DNA of 46,730 nt, filler included, from Candidatus Latescibacterota bacterium (GTDB lineage: Bacteria > Latescibacterota > UBA2968 > UBA8231), in assembly GCA_965219385.1 (NCBI GenBank). It is 2 parts of one record of this genome, joined end to end, with 100 filler letters (N's around TTAATTAATTAA, not from the genome) between each part and the next. Parts side by side here need not be neighbours in the genome. Positions count along the whole stretch, not along the records: positions 1 to 28,975 come from CBDCNM010000001.1; positions 29,076 to 46,730 come from CBDCNM010000001.1. One strand, written 5' to 3'. Below the pieces are notes generated by a model. That model ran no database searches, was not told where the DNA came from, and saw nothing but the letters and a program-made list of their open reading frames with translations. A program made the translations under genes and the position numbers. This document shows positions 25,898-35,158 of the stretch, piece by piece (within the stretch, counting starts at the first letter, position 1; each line of letters opens with the position of its first letter).

Positions 25898-26655
25898 TTA
25901 GGATAAGGCGGCTCGCGTTAGCTCGACGTAGCTTCCCACGGCCGCCACCGTATCCACCCAGAGCTGGTTCGCCGGATTCTGGATGTGGCGACACAGGGCA
26001 TCCAGAGCCTCGGCACGGACGGTCTGGTGGCGATGCCCGCCCACCTCGTGCCCGTAGAGAATCAGCCAGCCCCCGGCCCTGACCGCGGCATCCATCATGG
26101 CCTTCAGGTGCTCGAAGGGCGCGTCGTCGGCATCGCGGCCCATGGCGTGGGCCAGGTCGCAAAACGCCGGGGCATTGTGGATCTCGTTGTAGGCCGCCCG
26201 CCCAACCACGAAGCGCCGCGCCACCAGGGGAATGTAGCTTTGCAGGGACGCGCCGCGCCCGACAAAGGTCTGTCCGCAAGGATAGGCGAAGGTGGTCGGA
26301 ACCACGTCCAGCAGGCGCTCGATTTCGCGGTCGGCCCGGGTCAACTCTTCCTCCATGCGCTCCAGGGAATAGTCCTCCAGGGCATTGCGACGCGAAAAGC
26401 CAAAGTTGCCGCTGCAGGGATGGCTGGCGGTGTGGTTGCCGATTTCGTGCCCGCGGGCGAGTGCTGCCCGCCGTCCAGGTGCTGCTCAAGCCGTCCGAAT
26501 GAGACGTAAAAGGTCCCCTTTACACCGTGGGCGTCCAGAATGGGCAGGCCGCGCTCCACCTGGCTGGAGCGGGCGTCGTCAAAGGTGATGCTGATTGCGG
26601 CGCGCCGGCCATCGGGCCAGCGGAACGACGGCTGGAAAGCAGGTTCTGAAGTCAT
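25898..26655 (-). pseudogene. Polysaccharide deacetylase (NodB/CE4), frameshifted near 26470
   Basis: ISITFDDA..KGTFYV in one frame; GHEIGNHTASH..FAYPCG..ILYGH in another. Confidence 0.85.
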
Positions 26656-26724
26656 GGGCTTGCTGTCCTCGGTTCGGATTAGCGGCCGAGTGGGTGGAAG
26701 TGCGCGGCAGGGCTTATGAGAAGG

Positions 26725-27080
26725 CTACGAGGCAGATACATCGAATAATTCCGCGGCCTTGCGCTCTGTAGCGGTTTCCATGGTCTGGCGGGACTGGGCG
26801 CAGTAGTCGGCGTCGGTCTCGAAGCCCACGAAATCCACCCCCAGCTCCACGCAGGCCGCGGCGGTGTGGCCGATGCCCAAAGAGGTCGAGTACCCGCCGA
26901 GTGTGCTCCAGACCGTGGAGCTTGCACATCTTCGGGATCTTTACCGGGAATACCGCCGGGTGCGGTCTATCCTTGTTGCGGTTCTGGATGGTTCTGTAGG
27001 GCACGAACCAAGTATTGCCGCGGCAGCGGCGGTCTCCCCTGGCCCCATTCCATCGGAGAAGGTTCCACGGCCTTGCTCAT
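26725..27080 (-). pseudogene. N4/N6 DNA methyltransferase remnant
   Basis: [28 protein letters not shown], frameshift, [19 protein letters not shown]; catalytic N-terminal half missing. Confidence 0.78.
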
Positions 27081-27088
27081 GGTTTTTT

Positions 27089-28723
27089 CTACCAGCCAAT
27101 GGCGTAGCCGTCGCGGCGCGGATCGGCGCCGCCCATGAAGGAGCCGGAGTCCGGATCGACCATGATGCCCTGGCCGCCGCCCACCCCGGCGGACCAGTCG
27201 CCCAGGCGGTTGAACTGGTGGCCGCGGCGCTCCAGCTCCACCAGCACGGCATCGGGAATCCGGGTCTCCGCGGCCACCAGATACCCCTTTTCGGTCCTGA
27301 GGCGCGGGGCTTCGATGGCGGCCTGGATGTTCATGTTGTGGTCCAGAACGTTCATGATCATCTGCGGCGTGGTCTGCAAAATTCCGTGGCTCCCCGGGGT
27401 GCCGATGAGCAGGCGCAGGCCGCCCTGGTCCCAGACCTGGGCCGGCGAGACGCACATCTCGTTTTTTTTGCACGGGCCGATGGCATTGGGGCTTTGCGGC
27501 TCCAGGTCGAACCAGTTCATGAAGTTGTTGAGGGTCATGCCGGTGCCGGGAACCACCATGGCCGAACCGAAGCCGCTGCCCAGACTCTGGGTGACGGCCA
27601 CGGCATTGCCCTGCGCGTCGATGGCGTCGAAGTGAGTGGTGCACTCGGTCTTCATCCAGGTATACGGGTCGCCGGCCACCACTTCACTGGGCACCTTGGT
27701 GGCGGTGTAGAGGGCGCCGCCGCTGGGCTGGGCGCATTCGCCGATGAGGGCGCGGCGCTGGGCGGCAAAATCCTTGGAGAGCAGGCCCTGGGTAGGCGGG
27801 TCTTGTATGGCGGTGTATTCGGCCCGGTCGGCCGTGGCCAGCTTGGCCGCCTCGATGAAGCGGTGCAAGGTCTCCACGGTGTTGTGACCCAGGGCGCCCA
27901 CATCAAACCCTTCCATGATGTTGAGGGTCTCCAGGTACTGCACCGCCTGGCAGGGCGGGGCCGGGGCGTAGACCTTGTAGCCGCGATAGTCGATGTGCAC
28001 CGGGTCGAGCCACACCGGGGCGAAGTTTTGCAGGTCCTCGTGGGTGATCAGGCCGTCGGTCTCCTGCATGTAGGCGACGATTTTATCGGCGATTTCGCCC
28101 TGGTAGAATACCTCGGGGCCGGCCTCGGCCACCTGGCGAAAGGTGCAGCCCAGATCCGCCTGCACCAGGATGTCGCCGGGCCGGGGGGCCCTGCCGCCGG
28201 GCAGGTAGGCGTCGGTCGAGGAGGAAAAGAGACTCAGAGCCGGTGCGGCACTTGAGAAAAAGGCGTTGTTTTTGACGGTGAGGGCAAAGCCCTGTTCGGC
28301 GTATTCGACGGCCGGCCCAAAGACCGTGGCCGCGTCCATGGTGCCGTAGCGGCTCAAAGCTTCGAGCCAGCCGCCGCAGGAGCCGGGCACCAGGGGCGAG
28401 AGCGGGCCGCGTGCCTTTTTGTCGGCGCCGTCGTAGAGTTTGATGTCCGTGGCCGCGGGGGTGAGCCCCACGTAGTCGAGGATCTTGTGTTCTTTTTTGT
28501 CGGCGCTGTAGATGTGCATATAACCCACTCCGGCGATACCGGACATATAGGGCTCGACCACGTTGAGGGCTGCGGCCGTGGCCACGGCCGCGTCGATGGC
28601 ATTGCCGCCCTGCACGAGGATGCGCACCCCGGCCAGGGAGGCCAGAGGATGGGCCGAGGCGATCATGCCGCGGGTGCCGGTGGGGGTGGCTCGATGGGTG
28701 GTGCCGCTGGGAGAGAAGGCCAT
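27089..28723 (-). CDS. ggt: Gamma-glutamyltransferase
   Basis: GGNAIDAAVA, TTHF nucleophile, GTPGS, APR, GGADPRRDG. Confidence 0.93.
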   Translation of the reverse strand: MAFSPSGTTHRATPTGTRGMIASAHPLASLAGVRILVQGGNAIDAAVATAAALNVVEPYMSGIAGVGYMHIYSADKKEHKILDYVGLTPAATDIKLYDGADKKARGPLSPLVPGSCGGWLEALSRYGTMDAATVFGPAVEYAEQGFALTVKNNAFFSSAAPALSLFSSSTDAYLPGGRAPRPGDILVQADLGCTFRQVAEAGPEVFYQGEIADKIVAYMQETDGLITHEDLQNFAPVWLDPVHIDYRGYKVYAPAPPCQAVQYLETLNIMEGFDVGALGHNTVETLHRFIEAAKLATADRAEYTAIQDPPTQGLLSKDFAAQRRALIGECAQPSGGALYTATKVPSEVVAGDPYTWMKTECTTHFDAIDAQGNAVAVTQSLGSGFGSAMVVPGTGMTLNNFMNWFDLEPQSPNAIGPCKKNEMCVSPAQVWDQGGLRLLIGTPGSHGILQTTPQMIMNVLDHNMNIQAAIEAPRLRTEKGYLVAAETRIPDAVLVELERRGHQFNRLGDWSAGVGGGQGIMVDPDSGSFMGGADPRRDGYAIGW

Positions 28724-28891
28724 TGGACAGGGCTCCTTTCGTAGGTTTGATTTTACGAGATCATAAAAAATAATAGCGGCCCCGTCAAGCGCGCCGGGGT
28801 CGGACTAGATTTTTTTGCCGATCTGCCCGGCCGTCCTTAGTTTTATATAGACACCAAACACTTTCCACCTCGAATTCAAGAGCAGGATACA

Positions 28892-28975
28892 TTGACCACG
28901 GAAATCTCACCCGGGGGCAGGCGCTGGCTCTGGCCGGTGCTCGTGGGGGCGCTGGTGGTTCTGGCCGTCGGCGCC
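28892..28975 (+). CDS. N-terminus of a membrane or secreted protein, cut by contig end
   Basis: AGGA SD, TTG start, TTEISPGGRRWLWPVLVGALVVLAVGA. Confidence 0.45.
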
Positions 28976-29075
28976 NNNNNNNNNNNNNNNNNNNNNNNNN
29001 NNNNNNNNNNNNNNNNNNNTTAATTAATTAANNNNNNNNNNNNNNNNNNNNNNNNNNNNNNNNNNNNNNNNNNNN
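28976..29075. other. Artificial contig-join spacer
   Basis: 44 N + TTAATTAATTAA (stops in all six frames) + 44 N = 100 nt. Confidence 0.97.
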
Positions 29076-29076
29076 G

Positions 29077-29265
29077 GCGACCGTGCACCTGGTGGACGAG
29101 GAGTACGACCATGGCCCGGTCCTGGCGCAGCGCAAGGTGTCGGTGCGGCCGGACGATACCGTGGACGCTCTGGCGGCGCGGGTGCTGGAGCAGGAGCACA
29201 TCCTCTACCCCGAGACCTTGCAGAGGATCGCCGCGGGCGCAATCCGGCTGGAAGATTTTGGCTGA
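29077..29265 (+). CDS. purN: Phosphoribosylglycinamide formyltransferase, 3' part at contig start
   Basis: ATVHLVDEEYDHGPVLAQ..V.PDDT..LAARVLEQEHILYP. Confidence 0.88.
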   Translation, partial: ATVHLVDEEYDHGPVLAQRKVSVRPDDTVDALAARVLEQEHILYPETLQRIAAGAIRLEDFG

Positions 29266-29273
29266 GAAGCCTT

Positions 29274-30074
29274 CTAACAGATCTGCAAGCCGGATTCCGG
29301 GGCCTTGGCGCGGCAGACGCTGGAGAGCGCCGAGACCAGGGTGAATACCCCGCTGACCCCCTTCATGGGGTTGGAGCGCTGGATCTTGACTTCCACCTCC
29401 TGGCCGCGGGCCTCGATTTCGATGACGGAGACCTCCAGGCCGGGCACGGCGACCAGGACCGAGTGGGTGCGATCGAAACCGATGCTGCCCAAGGCCAGGG
29501 CCGCGTGCGAGTTGACATTGCGCGGAAACAGTGGACAGATGCCCCGGGCCGGACCGTCGTAGAGCACGGTTTCGCTGTGAATCTGTTCGGCGGTGAGATC
29601 GGGGTGTTCGCCGAAGTCGAGGTTGGCGGGATTTTTCTTCATGACCATTTTGACCTCGTCCCAAACCTGGCGGCCTTCCTGCAGGGCTTCGAGGCCGACG
29701 ATGGCCCCGTGCGGGATATAGAGGCGGGTGCCATTTTTTTGCGCGCTTTCGAGCAGGTTCTGCTCCACCCGGGCATCGGCAAAGGCGGTCAGGGAGAGGG
29801 GCATATAGTCGGTGTACTCCAGGAAGGCCGTGCCGTGGTCGCGGGTGATGCCGGGGTGAGCCAGTTCCACGATCAGGTCGGCCTCTTTGGCGGCAAAGGC
29901 CCCCAGGTCCTCCAGAATCAAATCCGGGGGCAGGTCGGCGAGTTTTTCCCGGGTGCGGTTGTACACAAAGGCGATATCCAGCCCCAGTCCGGGATGAGTG
30001 GTGATTTGTTCGTACACGTAGGAGCCGATGTAGCCGTAGCCAATGATGCCGATGCGGGCTCTTTCTCGCGACAT
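29274..30074 (-). CDS. Aspartate dehydrogenase (NadX/DUF108)-like protein
   Basis: IGYGYIG, LYIPHGAIVGL, MKKNP, YDGPARG..FPRNVN, SNP. Confidence 0.85.
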   Translation of the reverse strand: MSRERARIGIIGYGYIGSYVYEQITTHPGLGLDIAFVYNRTREKLADLPPDLILEDLGAFAAKEADLIVELAHPGITRDHGTAFLEYTDYMPLSLTAFADARVEQNLLESAQKNGTRLYIPHGAIVGLEALQEGRQVWDEVKMVMKKNPANLDFGEHPDLTAEQIHSETVLYDGPARGICPLFPRNVNSHAALALGSIGFDRTHSVLVAVPGLEVSVIEIEARGQEVEVKIQRSNPMKGVSGVFTLVSALSSVCRAKAPESGLQIC

Positions 30075-30089
30075 GTTGATTACCTCCTT

Positions 30090-31457
30090 TTAAGTGCTTC
30101 CTGCTTTTACAAAACGCCGCCGGCCCAGCTTAAACCGGCGCGGATCGCCCAGGCGTTGCCTCAGGGCAGCTTCGTCCATGCCGGTGTGCTCCAGGACCCA
30201 GTCGATTTCCGCGGCCAAGGGCACGTTGAAGACACCAGGATCGTCGGCGCCGATGACCAGGTTTACCCCGGAATTTAAGAACCGGTGCAACGGGTGGGAA
30301 GCCGGGTCGGGTACGGCGCCGATCCGCAGGTTGGAGGTGGGGCAGGATTCGATGGTGGTGCCCAGAGTCTTCAGGCAGTCGAGGGCGAAGCCTTGCCGGC
30401 GGCGGACTTCATCGAGTCGTTCCGGGGAGTAGGGCCGCTGGACCCTGGAATCGGGGGGGCGCTGCTGCAGATCTTGGCGTTCTTGTTGCAGGGCGGCTTC
30501 GTCGATGGTCAGGCCGCCGGCTGAAAGGGCCTCGACGTGGCACAAGTCATAAGCGATCTGGTCCAGGCGCTCGCTCGCCCTTTCGGTTTCATGGGCCCGG
30601 GCCCGGCGGGTCACTGCCACGGCCGGGTCCATCCCCAGGGCGATGGCGTGGCCCAGGCGCGGCACGCCCATTGCGGCGATTTCATGGCACCAGCGGATGG
30701 CGCTCTCCAGGGACTTGTCGAAGTAGACTTCCCCGACGTGATAGACCACTTCGAGAGCCCGGTCCGGACGCTGCTGGTTGTCCCGTTGCAGGCGCTCGAA
30801 GAAGGGTTGCACCGTCCGGGGGGGGTAGCCTTCCTCGAAAAAGCAGAAGTCCAGGCCCACAATGGTGGGAACCAGCTCTGGATTTTCGTCGAAGAGGCGC
30901 TGCACCAAGGCGTAGCCCTCCAGGGGTGCCTGGCGCGGCAGGCTGATGATGTAGCGGGCCTCAAAGTCGTTCCGGCTGGCCTCCTGGATGACGCGGGCAT
31001 TGAGCCGGTGGAAGTTGAGAAACCCCTCCGGATCCGCGCTCCCGTGCATGTACATGGCGCGGTATTCCACGTAGTTCAGACCTTCGCCGCGGTGGCGCAG
31101 GATGATCCGCCGGAGGATTTCCTCCTCGCGTTGCAGGACCCGGCGCCAGTGGCGCCAAAGGCATGTAGCCAGGTTGAACTTGGCCTGGAAACGCTCGAAG
31201 TCGCCGCTGTCCGCCGGGCCGACGACGAAGTGGTCCTGCAGGCGCTCGAAACCGGCGTTGCCGTTGCTCAGGGCCTCTTTGAAGAGGGCGACGGGATCGG
31301 GGCGTTTGCCAAAGGCCCGCGCACAGCTGTCGACGTACAGGCTCCAGTCCACTTCTTCATAGATATCTTTCCCCAGTTCCAGGAGGTCTTCTGCGTAGAG
31401 GCAGCCGCCGAGGTGGACGTGCAGTTCGCAGCCTTTTAGTATGTTCAGGTCGGACAT
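30090..31457 (-). CDS. Adenosine deaminase-like metallo-amidohydrolase
   Basis: ELHVHLGG, YHVGE, RLGHA, ESCPTSN, GADDPGVF. Confidence 0.85.
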   Translation of the reverse strand: MSDLNILKGCELHVHLGGCLYAEDLLELGKDIYEEVDWSLYVDSCARAFGKRPDPVALFKEALSNGNAGFERLQDHFVVGPADSGDFERFQAKFNLATCLWRHWRRVLQREEEILRRIILRHRGEGLNYVEYRAMYMHGSADPEGFLNFHRLNARVIQEASRNDFEARYIISLPRQAPLEGYALVQRLFDENPELVPTIVGLDFCFFEEGYPPRTVQPFFERLQRDNQQRPDRALEVVYHVGEVYFDKSLESAIRWCHEIAAMGVPRLGHAIALGMDPAVAVTRRARAHETERASERLDQIAYDLCHVEALSAGGLTIDEAALQQERQDLQQRPPDSRVQRPYSPERLDEVRRRQGFALDCLKTLGTTIESCPTSNLRIGAVPDPASHPLHRFLNSGVNLVIGADDPGVFNVPLAAEIDWVLEHTGMDEAALRQRLGDPRRFKLGRRRFVKAGST

Positions 31458-31592
31458 GTTGTGGTGCCTGTTGCGGTCATTTGATATTGAATATAATTAC
31501 TGACGGCAGATGGGCCATATTAGAAGCCGTCTCAAAACCGCTGAAGGATTCGACCTGGCTGTAGCGGTCAGCACAAGCAAAGGAGAAGTCCG

Positions 31593-32606
31593 ATGGAATA
31601 CCGCGGATTGGGCCGTTGTGGATTGAAGGTTTCGGAAATATGTCTGGGCACCATGACCTTTGGCCACGGCACCGACCAGGGCGAAGCTAGGCGCATGGTG
31701 GATCTGGCCCTGGACGCAGGTGTGAATTTCTTCGATACGGCCAATTCCTATGGAGAAAGCAATTCCGAGATTTTCCTGGGCAAGGCCCTGAAGGGAAAAC
31801 GGCGGGATGCCGTGGTGGCCACCAAGTTTTTCAACCCCATTGGGCCCGGTCCCAACGACTCGGGCATGTCGCGGGTGCACATCATGAACGCCGTGGAGGA
31901 TAGCCTCAAACGGCTGCAGATGAACTACGTGGATATTTACTACATCCATCACGTGGATGTGCAGACACCCCTGGAGGAAATGCTCCGAGCCCTGGACGAC
32001 CTGGTGCGCCAGGGCAAGGTGCGCTACACCGCCTGCAGCAATTACCAGGCCTGGCGGCTTTGCGAAGCCCTGTGGATCAGCGACAGCAAAGACCTGGCGC
32101 GCTTCGAGTGCTACCAGCCCCAGTACAGCCTGGTGGTGCGGGATATCGAACAGGAATTGATGCCCCTGTGCCGCTACAAAGGGTTGGGAGTGGTAGTGTG
32201 GAGTCCGCTGGCCGGTGGCTTCCTGTCGGGCAAGTACAGACCGGGCGAGCGCACGGCTGTGGGCACCCGCTCGGAAGAGGCGTGGGCCTATCCCGAGCCG
32301 TATTTCGCCGCCAATGCGGACGAGACCCTGAAGGTGTTGCTGAAAGTGGCCGAGGAATTGGGACGCACTCCGGCCCAGGTGGCCGTGCGCTGGGTGGTAG
32401 AGCAGCCGGGCATCACCGCGGCGATTGTGGGAGCGCGCACGGCAGAGCATTTGCGGGACAATCTGGAGGCTTCTACCTTTCGCCTGGAGGTAGAGGCCCT
32501 CGAACACCTGAGTAAAGTCTCCCATTTGCCGGACCGCTACCCGGAGGCCATGCAGAAAAACATACACGAGCGTCGGGATGGCGCGGTCGATATGCCGTCT
32601 TTGTGA
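31593..32606 (+). CDS. Aldo/keto reductase
   Basis: GLKVSEICLGTMTFG, FDTANSY, SLKRLQ, WSPLAGGFLSGKY. Confidence 0.93.
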   Translation: MEYRGLGRCGLKVSEICLGTMTFGHGTDQGEARRMVDLALDAGVNFFDTANSYGESNSEIFLGKALKGKRRDAVVATKFFNPIGPGPNDSGMSRVHIMNAVEDSLKRLQMNYVDIYYIHHVDVQTPLEEMLRALDDLVRQGKVRYTACSNYQAWRLCEALWISDSKDLARFECYQPQYSLVVRDIEQELMPLCRYKGLGVVVWSPLAGGFLSGKYRPGERTAVGTRSEEAWAYPEPYFAANADETLKVLLKVAEELGRTPAQVAVRWVVEQPGITAAIVGARTAEHLRDNLEASTFRLEVEALEHLSKVSHLPDRYPEAMQKNIHERRDGAVDMPSL

Positions 32607-32668
32607 AAAGAGGCCGGAAGAGCATACCAGCCAGCTCTTCACTCTTCGTAGTATGATGTTTCGCAATG

Positions 32669-32814
32669 ATGTTCTTCCCGCCGACATTGACACCTTGCAG
32701 GAGGGCCAGGAATCCATAGAGCCCACCCCGCGGCACCTCGAGATCCAGATTCTCCACAGCGGTCATCTTGCCGAACGTCTTGGTGACGTCCGTCATCTGA
32801 ATGGCAGTTTCCAT
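32669..32814 (-). pseudogene. Fused scraps: ABC ATPase N-terminus + DUF1697-like N-terminus
   Basis: METAIQMTDVTKTFGKMTAVENLDLEVPRGGLYGFL breaks just before Walker A and continues ALLQGVNVGGKNII. Confidence 0.7.
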
Positions 32815-32910
32815 ATGTGAAGGCCTTCTGAAGAAATGGTTCGACAAAAATGCAGCGACTCATCGTCAGATTCGCAGAAGTAACAACCGATGTAAATCGC
32901 CCTGCACTTC

Positions 32911-34098
32911 CTACTCTTCCTGGTAGTACTCCATGAGGATCTGGGCCACTTCGGGCCGGGCGAATTCCGGGGGCAGGGTCTGGCCGGCGGCCAGCATTTC
33001 GCGCACCTGGGTGCCCGAGAGAAAGAGGTAGTTTTCCTGGTCGTGCGGGCAGTCGCGCATCATCACTACCTCGCCGCACTTGTTGCACCAGACAGTGTGG
33101 TCGCCGCGGAAGATCTGGATCTGGAGGGCGTCGGCGGGCAGTTCGTCGAAGATGGTCTGGGCGTCGAAGGGGCCGTAGTAGTCGCCCACCCCGGCGTGAT
33201 CGCGGCCGACGATCAGATAGGAGCAGCCGCTGTTTTGGCGGAAGATGGCGTGCAGCACGGCCTCGCGCGGGCCGGCGTAGAGCATGTCGAAGCCGTACCC
33301 GGCGATTAACACGGTGTTCTCCGGGAAGTAGACCTCCACCATCTTGCGGATGGAAGCGTCGCGCACGGGGGCCGGGATATCCCCTGGTTTGAGCTTGCCC
33401 AGGAGCATGTGGATGAGGATGCCGTGGGCGCCCACGGCCTGCTGGGCCATGCGGCACAATTCCTCGTGGGCCCGGTGCATGGGGTTGCGAGTCTGAAAGG
33501 CCACCACCTGGTTCCAGCCGCGGCTCTGGATCTCGGTGCGGATCTGGCCGGCGGTGCGGAAGGTGTCGGGAAAATCCACCGGGAAGTAGGACAAGTTCGG
33601 GACCTGGATAGGGCCGGAGATCACCCGGTCGCCCTGGGCGGCAAAGGCGGCCACGCCCGGGTGCTCGGGGTCGCTGGTGCCGAAAACCTTGGCGAGGAGG
33701 TCGGCCCGCTGTGCTTCGGAGAGTTTCTCGATGGCAGCCACCTCCTGGACGGCCAGGACGGGGTGGCCTTCCACGTTGGGGTCGCGCAGGGCGATGCGGG
33801 CGTCGCTCTCGATCCCGTCTGTGAGCCGGGCAGCCGGCACTATGTTGAGGATGGGGGTAGGCCACATCAGGCCGTTGGGCAGGGTCATGTTGTCGGCCAC
33901 GCTTTGCGCTTCCTCCAGGTTCATGTAGCCTGTAATCGGGTTGAAGTAACCCGAGGCCAGCATGACCGCTGCCGCTGCCGAACCAGAAGAGATCGGCAGG
34001 GAGGGCAGGTTTTCGGCTTCCCGCGTCAGGGCGGTCCGGGCGTCTTCGTCTTCCACGTACAGGGGGTTCAGATCCGCGGAACCGTAAGGCTTGATCAT
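32911..34098 (-). CDS. sat: Sulfate adenylyltransferase (ATP sulfurylase)
   Basis: VAFQTRNPMHRAH, YAGPREAVLHA, GRDHAGVG, SGTQVR, RPEVA. Confidence 0.95.
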   Translation of the reverse strand: MIKPYGSADLNPLYVEDEDARTALTREAENLPSLPISSGSAAAAVMLASGYFNPITGYMNLEEAQSVADNMTLPNGLMWPTPILNIVPAARLTDGIESDARIALRDPNVEGHPVLAVQEVAAIEKLSEAQRADLLAKVFGTSDPEHPGVAAFAAQGDRVISGPIQVPNLSYFPVDFPDTFRTAGQIRTEIQSRGWNQVVAFQTRNPMHRAHEELCRMAQQAVGAHGILIHMLLGKLKPGDIPAPVRDASIRKMVEVYFPENTVLIAGYGFDMLYAGPREAVLHAIFRQNSGCSYLIVGRDHAGVGDYYGPFDAQTIFDELPADALQIQIFRGDHTVWCNKCGEVVMMRDCPHDQENYLFLSGTQVREMLAAGQTLPPEFARPEVAQILMEYYQEE

Positions 34099-34144
34099 GG
34101 AGTTTCTTTCCTGTTTCAGCAAGCGGTGAATTTCGTTTGCAATT

Positions 34145-35008
34145 TCAGTGAATCTCGATACCGGCCCGGTCCGCGATGCGGTGCACATTGCGGCTGGCTA
34201 AAGGGTAGTTTTCAGCGGGCAGATGTTCCAGGAGCATGTACCCGTCCGGGTAGAGCTGGTGCCAGCGGCGCAGGGCGGTTTCCAGGTCCAGTTCGCCTTC
34301 GCCCGGCACCTCTTCGTCAATGTGGAGGACCAGGCCGTCGCGCACGCGTATGTCCTTACAGTGGCCCACCGGGCAGATGGGTCCCATCACCTCGAAGATG
34401 TGGTTGAGACGTTCGGTGCTGTGGTAAACCTGGTGCAGGGACTGGAAGTGGTTGACGAAATCCATGACAATGCGGATGCGATCCGAGCCGACCTCTTCGA
34501 CGACCTGGCGGTTGATCTCCGGCGAGCCCATGATGGTGAGGGCATGGGTCTCGATGACCACGGTGACCGCTTCGGCCTCGGCCCGGGCGGCGATTTGCCC
34601 CAGGGTTTCGACCAGGCGGGCACGGCTTTCTGGCTCCAGGTTGCGGCGCGATGGGCTGTAGGAGCCGGTGGGACTGAGGCTGCCGGTGCGGATCAGGCAG
34701 GTCCAGGCCTCGAGTTCCCGGGCCACTTCAATGCCGCGGTGGATCTTGTGGGTCACCATCTGGCGCACCTCGGCGTCCGGATCGAAGAGGCACTCGCCAA
34801 AGCCAATGCCGACCTGCGCCAGGTCCATGCCAGCCGCGGCGTAGGTGCTTTTTACCTGGCGGCACTCGGCGGTCTGGACATCGAAGAGCCGGTCGCCGGG
34901 AGCGTGGAAGTTGGCGCTGGTGAGATTGAGGACGCGGACGGCCTCGAGGTGTTCAGGGGAAATTTCGCGGAAGTCTCCGGGCAGCGTGCCGACGACGCCA
35001 AGGCGCAT
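34145..35008 (-). CDS. Sugar phosphate isomerase/epimerase (TIM barrel)
   Basis: IETH, MDFVN, HCKD, GEGELD, LLEH. Confidence 0.85.
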   Translation of the reverse strand: MRLGVVGTLPGDFREISPEHLEAVRVLNLTSANFHAPGDRLFDVQTAECRQVKSTYAAAGMDLAQVGIGFGECLFDPDAEVRQMVTHKIHRGIEVARELEAWTCLIRTGSLSPTGSYSPSRRNLEPESRARLVETLGQIAARAEAEAVTVVIETHALTIMGSPEINRQVVEEVGSDRIRIVMDFVNHFQSLHQVYHSTERLNHIFEVMGPICPVGHCKDIRVRDGLVLHIDEEVPGEGELDLETALRRWHQLYPDGYMLLEHLPAENYPLASRNVHRIADRAGIEIH

Positions 35009-35158
35009 GGGGTGTCCTTTCGGTTGAGAAAGAAAAAATATGAAAATAATACAATATTTCGCGCAAGCAAATCAGGGTGCGGGCCCGGACTTGTTTACAT
35101 GCTGATGGTTGCCTTGGTTTAGGATCCACGTGAATCTTGAAATGAAAGGCGGGCAGGG

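Noticed and set aside
28976..29075. TTAATTAATTAA palindrome within N runs
   Set aside because: Synthetic six-frame-stop linker joining contigs; not biological, and no linkage across it should be inferred.
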